Below the pieces are notes generated by a model, which did no database searches, was not told the origin of the DNA, and saw only the letters and a list, made by a program, of their open reading frames with translations. This document shows positions 45,469 through 55,314 of a stretch of 64,000 nucleotides of DNA, piece after piece. Location: assembly GCA_035476575.1 (NCBI GenBank), contig DATILL010000020.1:307-64306 (forward strand), written 5' to 3'. This DNA comes from Mycobacteriales bacterium. Lineage in GTDB: Bacteria; Actinomycetota; Actinomycetes; Mycobacteriales; JACQDL01. How positions within the stretch are numbered: the stretch's first letter is position 1; the number at the start of each line of letters is the position of its first letter. A program made the position numbers and the translations under genes.

Positions 45469-47508
45469 GTCGTCCCCGCCCGCGGGGGTCGCCCCGGCGT
45501 GGACCTGTCCAACCACATCAAGAAGATGTCGTCCCCGCCCGCGCGGGGGTCGCCCGCCACTGCGGTTGACCTGGACCACTGCGGCCTCGTCGTCCCCGCC
45601 CGCGCGGGGGTCGCCCGGCAGGTCATCCGACCCGCGCGGGATCAGCAGCGTCGTCCCCGCCCGCGCGGGGGTCGCCCAGGTGCCGGCGACGGCACCTTGC
45701 CCGCCCCGCCGTCGTCCCCGCCCGCGCGGGGGTCGCCCCACGGGCTGACACATCTCCATCGACACCACCGCGTCGTCCCCGCCCGCGCGGGGGTCGCCCC
45801 AGGTCCAGCTCGACCTGCCCGACTACGGCCATGTCGTCCCCGCCCGCGCGGGGGTCGCCCGGCCGGCGCCGAGGCTGTCCGCAGCGGCGCCGAGTCGTCC
45901 CCGCCCGCGCGGGGGTCGCCCCGCGGAGCGAGACGAGGCGTTGGGCAGGATCTTGTCGTCCCCGCCCGCGCGGGGGTCGCCCCCCCGGCGCCGAAGACCC
46001 GAAGAGGCACCCGCCGTCGTCCCCGCCCGCGCGGGGGTCGCCCCATCCCACAGCCCGGCGCGACGAAGCTCGGGTGGTCGTCCCCGCCCGCGCGGGGGTC
46101 GCCCCGACCAGCTCCGCATCATCGGCAACGGCGTGGTGTCGTCCCCGCCCGCGCGGGGGTCGCCCCGCCGACCCCGACAACAGGGCCAGGCCGGCCTTGT
46201 CGTCCCCGCCCGCGCGGGGGTCGCCCCTTCGCCAGCATCGGCTCGGGCACGCCCATGTGGTCGTCCCCGCCCGCGCGGGGGTCGCCCGAAGACCTGATGG
46301 CGGACGGGTGGGGTGACCCGGTCGTCCCCGCCCGCGCGGGGGTCGCCCGGCCCAGGGCGACGTGTCCGACATGGCGATGGCGTCGTCCCCGCCCGCGCGG
46401 GGGTCGCCCCATGTCTAACCACTCCTTAGCCACGCGGTTGGCGTCGTCCCCGCCCGCGCGGGGGTCGCCCCGGCAACAGCCGGCTCGTCGGCGTCGAGGT
46501 GGAGTCGTCCCCGCCCGCGCGGGGGTCGCCCCGGCTCGGCCTCACCCCGCCCGGCGGCGACATCGTCGTCCCCGCCCGCGCGGGGGTCGCCCGACCTCCT
46601 CGGTGCCGTGCTGATCTCCTCCGGCGTCGTCCCCGCCCGCGCGGGGGTCGCCCCCTTGCCCGCGTCGCCCGCCAGCGTGGCATCCCGTCGTCCCCGCCCG
46701 CGCGGGGGTCGCCCGGTGCTCCGCGGCCTGGACCCCTCGCGGGTGCCGTCGTCCCCGCCCGCGCGGGGGTCGCCCGGCATGCCCGTCGGTGGCCGTGTCC
46801 TCCCAGCCGTCGTCCCCGCCCGCGCGGGGGTCGCCCCCGGCAGGTCGACCGGGTGCTCGCCGGGGCGTCGTCGTCCCCGCCCGCGCGGGGGTCGCCCCAC
46901 CTTCTCCTGCTGCGGCAGGCGGCGTGGGAGGTCGTCCCCGCCCGCGCGGGGGTCGCCCGGGCACCGGCGCGGCTGGTGCTGCACCTGCTCCGTCGTCCCC
47001 GCCCGCGCGGGGGTCGCCCCCGTGCCGCCCCGGTGGGGCCGGCGGGGGCGTAGTCGTCCCCGCCCGCGCGGGGGTCGCCCGGATATGGCGGATCATCCCC
47101 CTGTCCCGGGTGGGTCGTCCCCGCCCGCGCGGGGGTCGCCCCCAGTGCGCCACCTCATCCACCGGGAGCGTCCGGTCGTCCCCGCCCGCGCGGGGGTCGC
47201 CCCACCGGCGCCGGCCAGCCGACCTCGGTCACCGCATCGTCCCCGCCCGCGCGGGGGTCGCCCCAACACCGGACGGCCCGAGCGGGTCCTCACCGGGTCG
47301 TCCCCGCCCGCGCGGGGGTCGCCCGGCCTGGTAGCGCTTGCGTACGTCGTCCTGGAGGTCGTCCCCGCCCGCGCGGGGGTCGCCCACGTGCCGAGAGCGT
47401 CGGGACACAGCACGGAGAGCCGTCCCCGCCCGCGCGGGGGTCGCCCCAGCAGGGCGCGGACCTGGGTGCCTTGGATCAGGTCGTCCCCGCCCGCGCGGGG
47501 GTCGCACT
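45469..47508 (+). CRISPR. Type I-E CRISPR array, 34 repeats / 33 spacers
   Basis: 29-nt repeat GTCGTCCCCGCCCGCGCGGGGGTCGCCC(C/G) at a strict 61-nt period from 45528 to 47480, with 33 distinct 32-nt spacers. Repeat 1 (45469) lacks 2 nt. Repeats 30 (47236, G1A), 33 (47419, T2C) and 34 (47480, 3' GCACT) are variants. The stem position matches the E. coli I-E repeat orientation on the + strand. Confidence 0.97.
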
Positions 47509-47540
47509 GGCTTACCGCCTCGCCGGCTCAGGGCCACATC

Positions 47541-47630
47541 GTCGGGATCGCCCTGCTCCGGCTGGAACGCAGCAGGAGCTGCAGGTCGCCTCCGCCCGCA
47601 GGTCGCCGTGGCCGGTCTGGTGGTCGCACT
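47541..47630 (+). repeat. Two fossil CRISPR repeats in 61-nt register beyond the array
   Basis: 47541 GTCGGGATCGCCCTGCTCCGGCTGGAACG and 47602 GTCGCCGTGGCCGGTCTGGTGGTCGCACT. The latter shares the first 4 and last 9 nt with repeat 34. Confidence 0.5.
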
Positions 47631-47728
47631 GCCGGCGGCAGCTCGTTTTCGCTGGCTGTCCACGGGTAGGCAGGTGTCGATCGCCACCAGCCAGGAAGGC
47701 CGTGGCCGAGACGGAGGAGGAGCGTGCG

Positions 47729-48055
47729 ATGCCCCAGCGAGCATGGAGCGAGAAACGGGAGCGCCAGTACGAGCACATCAAGGATGGCCTGCTGGAACGG
47801 GGCGAGGGCGAGGACACCGCCGAGGAGATCGCCGCCCGCACGGTCAACAAGGAGCGCGCCCGGTCCGGTGAGTCCAAGACGGCAAGCCGGACGTCGACCG
47901 AGGACATCTCCTCCTCCCGTCGAGGCGGCCTGCGGTCGCATCGCGGACCGGGTGGGCGCACCAAGGCGCAGCTCTACAACGAGGCTAAACAGCGCGGTAT
48001 CCGAGGTCGGTCAAAGATGACCAAAGCTGAGCTCGAACGGGCGGTGGGTCGCTGA
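47729..48055 (+). CDS. Small basic protein with a C-terminal Rho-N/SAP-like motif
   Basis: ATG after GGAGGAGG. C-terminal TKAQLYNEAKQRGIRGRSKMTKAELERAV resembles the Rho termination factor N-terminal domain motif. Confidence 0.55.
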   Translation: MPQRAWSEKRERQYEHIKDGLLERGEGEDTAEEIAARTVNKERARSGESKTASRTSTEDISSSRRGGLRSHRGPGGRTKAQLYNEAKQRGIRGRSKMTKAELERAVGR

Positions 48056-48091
48056 GCCGCCGCCATCCCATCAACGGCGGGCGCATCGGGC

Positions 48092-48640
48092 TCAGACGAT
48101 CCGCAGGAGCTGGTCGCAGAACGCCTTGAGGTCGTCCGGCTTCCGGCTGGTGACCAGGGTGTTCGGACCGGCGGTGCAGACGACAACCTCCTCGTCCACC
48201 CAGGTCGCGCCGGCGTTGCGCAGGTCGGTACGCAGGCTCGGCCAGCTCGTCATCCGGCGGCCGCGGACCAGGTCGGCCTCGATCAGCGTCCACGGCGCGT
48301 GGCAGATCGCGGCCACCGGCTTGCCCGCCCAGAAGAACGCGGCCACGAGCGCGACCGCCTCGGGAACCAGGCGGAGCCGGTCCGGGTTGGCGACTCCGCC
48401 GGGCAGCACCAGCGCGTCGAGCTCGCCCACGTCCGCCTGGGCCGCCGTGACATCGACGTAGAACCGCTGCGCCTTGTCCAGATGGTTGAACGCCTGCACC
48501 GGGGCATCTTCGGGAGCGACCAGGCGCGGGGTGCCGCCGGCCTGCTCGACCGCCCGCCACGGTTCGGTCAGCTCCACCTGCTCCACGCCCTCGTTCGCGA
48601 CGAGGAACGCGATGGTCTTGCCACTCAGCTCCGCTGCCAT
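48092..48640 (-). CDS. DJ-1/PfpI-family protein
   Basis: KTIAFLVANEGVEQVEL...LVLPGG...KPVAAICHAPW (nucleophile-elbow Cys-His). RBS GAGGAGGAAGAG. Confidence 0.85.
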   Translation of the reverse strand: MAAELSGKTIAFLVANEGVEQVELTEPWRAVEQAGGTPRLVAPEDAPVQAFNHLDKAQRFYVDVTAAQADVGELDALVLPGGVANPDRLRLVPEAVALVAAFFWAGKPVAAICHAPWTLIEADLVRGRRMTSWPSLRTDLRNAGATWVDEEVVVCTAGPNTLVTSRKPDDLKAFCDQLLRIV

Positions 48641-48745
48641 GACTCTTCCTCCTCTTGGTCGAGGGACATGCCTCATGGCTGCGCTACCCACCATCGGCAT
48701 GCCCAACCCGATCGGCGGCGACCTCGGGAGAATGCCGTGGGCCGG

Positions 48746-49240
48746 TCACCGGCCAGCCAGCGTGCGCGGCTCGTCGTCCGCGGCCTCCCAGAGGTGCAGC
48801 CCGCACCACAGGACCCCCATGGCCACGACCCACAGCGCCGACACGTCAACCACCGAGAACGCGACAATGTTCGCGTCGGTGCGGCTGAAGGTGAGAAAGA
48901 ACAGCCCGGTGAGCAGCATCAACATCCCGGCACCGGTCAGGGCGACAGCCCCCCGGTTGCCCGGCAGGATCGCGCTGGCCGCCGTCAGCCCGGCCAGCAC
49001 CACCAGCAGCACGCCAGTGGCCCGGTTAACGGTCAGCCCGGCCAGCCCGTGCCCGAACCGCCCGGTAACCGGCACGTCCATGGACACCACCAGCGCGACC
49101 AGCCCGGTCGAGGCGAGCAACAATGCGAACACGACCGCGGCCCGCCGGTAGGCACCCCTGGCGGGATCGTTCACCGCTACATGCTGACGCGTCTCGTCAC
49201 TGGACGTCCGGAGCTGCCGGATCATCTCGCTGTCCGTCAT
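48746..49240 (-). CDS. Hypothetical integral membrane protein (about 4 TM)
   Basis: ATG 49240 after GGGAGG. Four hydrophobic segments. No recognisable family. Confidence 0.5.
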   Translation of the reverse strand: MTDSEMIRQLRTSSDETRQHVAVNDPARGAYRRAAVVFALLLASTGLVALVVSMDVPVTGRFGHGLAGLTVNRATGVLLVVLAGLTAASAILPGNRGAVALTGAGMLMLLTGLFFLTFSRTDANIVAFSVVDVSALWVVAMGVLWCGLHLWEAADDEPRTLAGR

Positions 49241-49566
49241 GGCACCCTCCCGAAGTTGTCCCGCGGCCAGAGTCGTTCCTGCCGGCAGCGTCACCCTCCC
49301 TGGATCACGCCGACCGAGGACCGAGCCCTACCCGCCAGCGTCCCGGACGAACACGGCTCTCCGGTCCGGTGGATCACGCACTCGGTGGCACGGGCACCAG
49401 CGCCTCGCTGCCCGCCGGAGTTCCCCGACCGCAGGGTACCGGGCCAGGGTGAGCAACAGCGGGCACGACCCCGGGCTGACCGAGACCGTCAAGTCGCGGT
49501 AGCGCTCAAACCTGCCTCGGCCAGCCCGACGGGCCGGAGAACGGGGCACGGGGTTAGCCTGCCGGC

Positions 49567-52500
49567 ATGGGCGTGCGGCAGTGGATCGGGAGCTGGCCGG
49601 TGTACCGGCAGCTCCGGGGCCCCGACCGGCTCGGACGGGGCGCCGCGGCGGAGTCGGGCAGTAGCCGGAAGCTGGTCCCGCGTACCGCGGCGGCCGACGC
49701 GGTGGTCGCCTCCGTCTGCCCGTACTGCGCGGTCGGCTGCGGCCAGCGGGTGTACGTCACGGACGGCGCGGTCACCCAGGTCGAGGGCGACCCCGACTCG
49801 CCGATCTCCCGCGGCAGGCTGTGCCCCAAGGGTTCCGCCACCTACCAGCTCGTGACCAGCCCGAGCCGGGTCACCGAGGTGCTCTACCGCCGTCCCTACG
49901 GCACCTCCTGGGAGCGGCTGCCGCTCGCCCGTGCGATGGACATGATCGCGGACCGGGTGCTCGAGACCCGCCGGCAGACCTGGCAGGACAGCCTCGACGG
50001 CCGGCGGGTACGGCGCACGATGGGCATCGCCAGCCTGGGCGGGGCCACCCTGGACAACGAAGAGAACTACCTGATGAAGAAGCTCTACACCGCGCTGGGC
50101 GCCGTACAGATCGAGAACCAGGCGCGGATTTGACACTCCGCCACCGTTCCCGGTCTGGGAACCAGCTTCGGCCGCGGCGGCGCCACCACCTTCCAGCAGG
50201 ACCTGGCCAACGCCGACTGCATCGTGATCCAGGGCTCGAACATGGCCGAGTGTCACCCGGTCGGGTTCCAGTGGGTGATGGAGGCCAAGGCCCGCGGCGC
50301 CACCGTCATCCACGTGGACCCGCGGTTCACCCGGACCAGCGCGATGGCCGACCTGCACGTGCCGCTGCGCGCCGGCTCTGACATCGCCTTCCTCGGCGGG
50401 CTGGTCAACTACGTGCTCAGCCACGAGCTGGACTTCCGTGAGTACGTCGTGGCCTACACCAACGCGCCGGCCATCCTGCGCGAGGACTACCGCGACACCG
50501 AGGACCTGGACGGGCTGTTCTCCGGCTACGACCCGCGGCGGCGGCACTACGACACGACGAGCTGGCAGTACGACGACGGCTGGGACGAGACGCTGCGCCA
50601 CCCCCGCTGCGTGTACCAGGTGCTCAGGCGCCACTTCGCCCGCTACACCCCCGATCTGGTGGCAGACACCTGCGGTGTGCCGTCCGAGCTGTTCGAGCGG
50701 GTGGCCCGGGCGGTTACCGAAAACTCCGGGCGGGAGCGCACCACGGCGTTCTGCTACTCGGTCGGCTGGACCCAGCACACCGTCGGGGTGCAGTACATCC
50801 GGACGGCGTCGATCCTGCAGACGCTGCTGGGCAACATCGGCCGGCCCGGCGGCGGCATCCTGGCGCTGCGCGGGCACGCCAGCATCCAGGGCTCCACCGA
50901 CATCCCCACGCTGTTCAACCTGCTGCCCGGGTACCTCCCGATGCCGCTCGCGGCCGAGCACCAGGATCTCGACTCCTTCGTCGCCGCCCGCGCCGGCAAG
51001 CCCGGCCTCTGGGGGAACATGCGCTCCTACGTCGTCAGCCTGCTCAAGGCGTACTGGGGCGACGCGGCCACGGCGGCCAACGACTTCTGCTTCGACTACC
51101 TGCCCCGGCTGACCGGCGACCACGGCACCTACGCCACGGTGGTCAACCAGCTCGACGGCGAGTGCAAGGGCTACTTCCTGGTCGGCGAGAACCCGGCGGT
51201 CGGCTCGGCGAACGCCAAGCTGCAGCGGCTCGGCCTGGCCAACCTGGACTGGCTGGTGGTGCGCGACCTGCAGCTCATCGAGTCCGCGACGTTCTGGCAG
51301 GACGGGCCGGAGGTGGCCACCGGGGAGCTGCGACCCGAGGAGATCGGCACCGAGGTGTTCTTCCTGCCGGCGGCCGCGCACACCGAGAAGGACGGCACGT
51401 TCACCAATACCCAGCGGCTGCTGCAGTGGCACCACAAGGCGGTCGAGCCACCCGGCGACGCGCGTTCCGACCTGTGGTTCTTCTACCACCTCGGCCGGAT
51501 CGTCCGGGCCAGGCTGGCCGGGTCGGGCGACGAACGGGACCGGCCGGTGCTGGACCTGACCTGGGACTACCCGACGGACGGCCCGCTGGCCGAGCCATCC
51601 GCCGACGCGGTGCTGCGGGAGGTCAACGGCCGGCGCACCAACGGTGTCGGGCCGGCCAGCCTGCTGTCGTCGTACACCGAGCTGAGGGACGACGGCTCCA
51701 CCGCCTGCGGCGCCTGGATCTACTGCGGGGTGTACGCCGGGGGCACTAACCACGCGGCCAGCCGCCGGCCCGGCCGGGAGCAGAGCTGGGTCGCTCCGGG
51801 CTGGGGCTGGGCCTGGCCAGCGAACCGCCGGATCCTCTACAACCGGGCCTCCGCCGACCCGGCCGGCAGGCCGTGGAGCGAGCGGAAGAGGTACGTGTGG
51901 TGGGACGCCGCGGCCAGCCGGTGGACCGGCGCGGACGTGCCCGACTGCGAGCCGACGAAGCCGCCGGGCTACCAGCCGCCCCCGGGCGCCCGGGCGCAGG
52001 ACGCGCTGGCCGGCACCGCCCCGTTCATCATGCAGACCGACGGGCGGGCCTGGCTGTTCGCGCCGTCCGGCCTGGCCGATGGGCCGCTGCCGGCCCACTA
52101 CGAGCCGGCCGAGTCGCCGGTGGACAACCCCCTCTACCGACAGCAGGCCAACCCGGTGCGGGAGCGCTACGACCGGCGGCACAACCGGCTCAGCCCGCCG
52201 GGCGGCGCGGTGTTCCCGTACGTGTTCACCACCTACCGGCTGACCGAGCATCACACCGCGGGCGGGATGAGCCGGTCGCTGCCGTACCTGGCCGAGCTGC
52301 AGCCGGAGATGTTCTGCGAGGTCTCGCCGGCGCTGGCCGCCGAGCGGGGGCTGGCGCACCTGGGCTGGGCGACCATCGTGTCCGCGCGAGCGGCGATCGA
52401 GGCGCGGGTGCTGGTCACCGACCGCATCCCGCCGCTGCGGGTCCGCGGTCGCACCGTGCACCAGGTCGGGCTGCCGTACCACTGGGGGCCGAACGGGCTG

Positions 52501-52683
52501 TCGACCGGCGACGCCGCGAACGAGCTGGTGTCGGTGGTGCTGGACCCGAACGTGCACATCCAGGAGGCCAAGGCGGCCACCTGCGACATCCGGCCGGGCC
52601 GCCGGCCGCGTGGGCCGGCGCTGCTGGACCTCGTCGCGGACTACCGCCGCCGGGCCGGGATCGAGGAGGACCCGCGTGAGTAA
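49567..52683 (+). CDS. Formate dehydrogenase alpha subunit (molybdopterin), selenocysteine at the in-frame TGA 50131-50133
   Basis: ORFs 49567-50133 and 50224-52683 are in the same frame. CPYCAVGCG Fe-S motif. The context ENQARI-TGA-HSATVPGLGTSFGRG matches the conserved ...NQAR(V/I)-U/C-H... active-site block of FdnG/FdoG-type enzymes. A SECIS-like hairpin follows. Confidence 0.85.
50134..50180 (+). promoter_or_regulatory. SECIS-like stem-loop
   Basis: GTTCCC (50146-50151) / GGGAAC (50157-50162) stem with a GGTCT apical loop starting 13 nt after the UGA. Outer CCGCC/GGCGG pairing is possible. Confidence 0.6.
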
Positions 52684-53509
52684 CCGGCTGTCCGGCCCAC
52701 TTCCGGACCCGGCGGGCGACGCCGGCTACCCGGACGGCCACCCGCCCCGGGTGGGCTTCTTCACCGACACCTCGGTCTGCATCGGCTGCAAGGCGTGCGA
52801 GGTGGCCTGCAAGCAGTGGAACGGCGTCCCCGACGACGGGCTGGACCTGCTCGGCATGTCCTATGACAACACCGGCGCGCTCGGCGCGAACACCTGGCGG
52901 CACGTCGCGTTCGTCGAGCAGCCCGCGGCCAGCCCGGACGGCGGGATGCGCTGGCTGATGTCCTCCGACGTGTGCAAGCACTGCACCCACGCCGCCTGCC
53001 TGGACGTGTGCCCGACCGGGTCGCTGTTCCGCACCGAGCTCGGCACGGTCGTCGTCCAGGACGACATCTGCAACGGCTGCGGCTACTGCGTGCCGGCCTG
53101 CCCGTACGGCGTGATCGAACGACGGGAGGGCGACGGCCGGGCGTTCAAGTGCACGCTGTGCTACGACCGGACCGGCGCTGGCATGGCCCCAGCCTGCGCC
53201 CAGGCCTGCCCGACCGAGTCGATCCAGTTCGGCCCGCTGGACGAGCTGCGCGAGCGGGCCCAGCTCCGGGTGGAGGAGCTGCACCAGCGTGGCGTGCCGC
53301 AGGCCCGGCTGTACGGGCACGACCCCGCGGACGGGGTGGGCGGTGATGGCGCGTTCTTCCTGCTGCTGGACGAGCCGGAGGTGTACGGGCTGCCGCCGGA
53401 CCCGGTGGTCACCACGAAGGACCTGCCGGCGATGTGGCGGCACGCGGCGGCCGCGGCGGTGACGGTGGCCGGCGCCGTGCTGGCGTCGTTCCTGGGCCGG
53501 CGCCGATGA
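52676..53509 (+). CDS. Formate dehydrogenase beta subunit (4x[4Fe-4S] ferredoxin, C-terminal TM anchor)
   Basis: CIGCKACEVAC, CKHCTHAACLDVCP, CNGCGYCVPACP and CTLC...CAQACP clusters. GTG start after GAGGAGGA. Confidence 0.85.
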   Translation: MSNRLSGPLPDPAGDAGYPDGHPPRVGFFTDTSVCIGCKACEVACKQWNGVPDDGLDLLGMSYDNTGALGANTWRHVAFVEQPAASPDGGMRWLMSSDVCKHCTHAACLDVCPTGSLFRTELGTVVVQDDICNGCGYCVPACPYGVIERREGDGRAFKCTLCYDRTGAGMAPACAQACPTESIQFGPLDELRERAQLRVEELHQRGVPQARLYGHDPADGVGGDGAFFLLLDEPEVYGLPPDPVVTTKDLPAMWRHAAAAAVTVAGAVLASFLGRRR

Positions 53510-54477
53510 GCCGGCCGGGCGGCCATGGGAGCGGCCGGGGGGAGCGGGCCGTGGTGCCGGCGGCCGAGCCCCGCTCGTACTACGGCCGGCCGATCCTGAA
53601 GGAGCCGGCGTGGGCGGTACCGGACGTGCCGGTGTACCTGTTCGCCGGGGGCATGGCGGGGGTGTCCGCGACGATGGCCGCGATGGCCGACGCGACCCAG
53701 CGGCCCGGGCTGGCCGCCGCCGGGCGGTACGTCGCGGCCGGCGGCGCCGCCGTGGGCGTGGCCGCGCTGGTCCACGATCTTGGCCGGCCGGAGCGGTTCC
53801 TAGCCATGCTCCGGGTGTTCAAGCCGACCTCGCCGTTGTCGGTGGGCTCATGGATCTTGGCGCCGTTCACCGGGCTGACCGTCGCCGCGGCCGGTGCCGA
53901 GCTGACCGGGCGGCTGCCCCGGCTCGGCCGGGCCGCGGGCGTGGCGGCGGCCGGGCTCGGCCCGGCGATGGCCACCTACACCGCGGTGCTGCTGGCCGAC
54001 ACCGCCATACCGGCCTGGCACGAGGCATACCCCGAGCTGCCGTTCGTCTTCGCCGGCAGCGCGCTGGCCTCGGCCGCCGGTGCCGCGCTGCTGGCGGCGG
54101 CGCCAGCCGAGCACGGCCCGGTACGGAGGCTGGCGGTGCTCGGCGCCGGGATGGAGCTGGCCGCCGGGCGGCGGATGGAGCGCCGTACCGGCCTGGTCGG
54201 CGAGCCCTACCGGACCGGCCGCGCCGGAGCCCTGCTGCGCGCGGGACGGGTGCTCACCGCAGCCGGCGCGGGGCTGGCCGCGGCCGGGCGACTCAGCCGG
54301 CGGCGGGCCGGGCTGGCCGCGGCGGTGTCCGGTGCCGCCCTGCTTGCCGGCGGGCTGGCCACCCGGTTCGGGATCCTCGCCGCCGGGACGGCCTCGGCGC
54401 GGGACCCCAGGTACGTCGTGGTGCCGCAGCGCGCCCGGCTCGCCGAGCGCGGTCTCGGCGACCCGGCGGCCCGGTAG
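53506..54477 (+). CDS. NrfD/PsrC-like integral membrane subunit of the dehydrogenase
   Basis: ATGA coupling to the beta subunit. SYYGRPILKEPAWAVPDVPVYLFAGGMAG is typical of the NrfD family. About 8 TM. Confidence 0.7.
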   Translation: MSRPGGHGSGRGERAVVPAAEPRSYYGRPILKEPAWAVPDVPVYLFAGGMAGVSATMAAMADATQRPGLAAAGRYVAAGGAAVGVAALVHDLGRPERFLAMLRVFKPTSPLSVGSWILAPFTGLTVAAAGAELTGRLPRLGRAAGVAAAGLGPAMATYTAVLLADTAIPAWHEAYPELPFVFAGSALASAAGAALLAAAPAEHGPVRRLAVLGAGMELAAGRRMERRTGLVGEPYRTGRAGALLRAGRVLTAAGAGLAAAGRLSRRRAGLAAAVSGAALLAGGLATRFGILAAGTASARDPRYVVVPQRARLAERGLGDPAAR

Positions 54478-54513
54478 GTGGCACCGTAGGTAGCCCGGTA
54501 GGCAGCATGCGGG

Positions 54514-55314
54514 TCACCCCTCCAGGAGGGCGGACAGCCAGCACTGGGTGGCCTCACAGATCGGCTGCAACGGCGTGAGCGTGGCGTAGCCCTCGGCCAC
54601 CAGGACCGCGTCCGTGCCGGGGTCGTTCTCGGCGTCGATCTCGCTGACCGACACCGTGACGTGCCCTTCGCCAACCTCGGCGATGTTGGTCTGCACCGAG
54701 CCGAACCGGGCCAGCCCGGCCCGGCGGAGCCCGCGTACCTGGTCGGCCCGGCGGTTCGGCACGTTGAGGTTCAGCACCACCGGCCGGTCGGCCTCGACCA
54801 GCCAGGGCAGCACCCGGCCGGTCCACCGGCTCGCGCTCAGCCAGTGCGGGCCGTCGTCGGCCCCGCTGTCGCCGGTGTGGCCCACCTCAAGGGAGACCGC
54901 CAGCGCCCGGCAGCCGTTGCTGCCGGCGGTCAGCGCGGCACCGACGGTGCCGGAGTGCAGGATCGCGTTGCCGGTGTTGGTGCCGCGGTTGATGCCGGAC
55001 AGCACCAGATCCGGTGGCGGGCCGAACGCGCCGCGGGTGGCGATCAGGGTGATGTAGCCGGGCAGCGCTGTGACCGCATAGGTGGGCACGCCGTTCAGGT
55101 CGGCCAGGTGCCGCTGCTCGACGGACACCCGCCCGTCGCTGCCCACCGCCGTCAGGCCCGCGCTGGTGCCGCTGGACTCGTACGCCGGCGCGGCCACCAC
55201 CACATCCAGGCCGGCGGCCCGGGCGACGAGGGCGAGGCGTCGCAGGCCCTCCGAGGAGATGCCGTCGTCATTCGTCACGAGAGCGCGTGGTGCGTTCGTC
55301 ACGGGGTCGTCCAC
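54514..55314 (-). CDS. surE: 5'/3'-nucleotidase SurE
   Basis: RALVTNDDGISSEGL N-terminal motif, GINRGTNTG, 266 aa. Confidence 0.85.
   Translation of the reverse strand: MDDPVTNAPRALVTNDDGISSEGLRRLALVARAAGLDVVVAAPAYESSGTSAGLTAVGSDGRVSVEQRHLADLNGVPTYAVTALPGYITLIATRGAFGPPPDLVLSGINRGTNTGNAILHSGTVGAALTAGSNGCRALAVSLEVGHTGDSGADDGPHWLSASRWTGRVLPWLVEADRPVVLNLNVPNRRADQVRGLRRAGLARFGSVQTNIAEVGEGHVTVSVSEIDAENDPGTDAVLVAEGYATLTPLQPICEATQCWLSALLEG

Noticed and set aside
45496-47479. Possible self-targeting spacers against the neighbouring biosynthetic block, IS elements or other parts of the window
   Set aside because: I compared the 33 spacers by eye with salient parts of the window and recognised no match. 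This is not exhaustive, and a BLASTN of all spacers against the genome and phage/plasmid databases is needed.
45499-47669. Long ORFs on both strands across the CRISPR array (for example 45499-46614 at 371 aa and 46608-47669 at 353 aa) with reiterated SSPPARGSP / PRPRGGRP peptides
   Set aside because: The periodic peptide motifs are simply translations of the 29-nt CRISPR repeat every 61 nt. There is no independent coding evidence.
49567-52683. Interpretation of the formate dehydrogenase as a nonsense-mutated pseudogene or two separate genes
   Set aside because: The stop is a TGA at exactly the conserved Sec/Cys position, the frame is maintained, and a hairpin follows at SECIS distance. Selenocysteine read-through is more parsimonious, pending presence of the sel genes.
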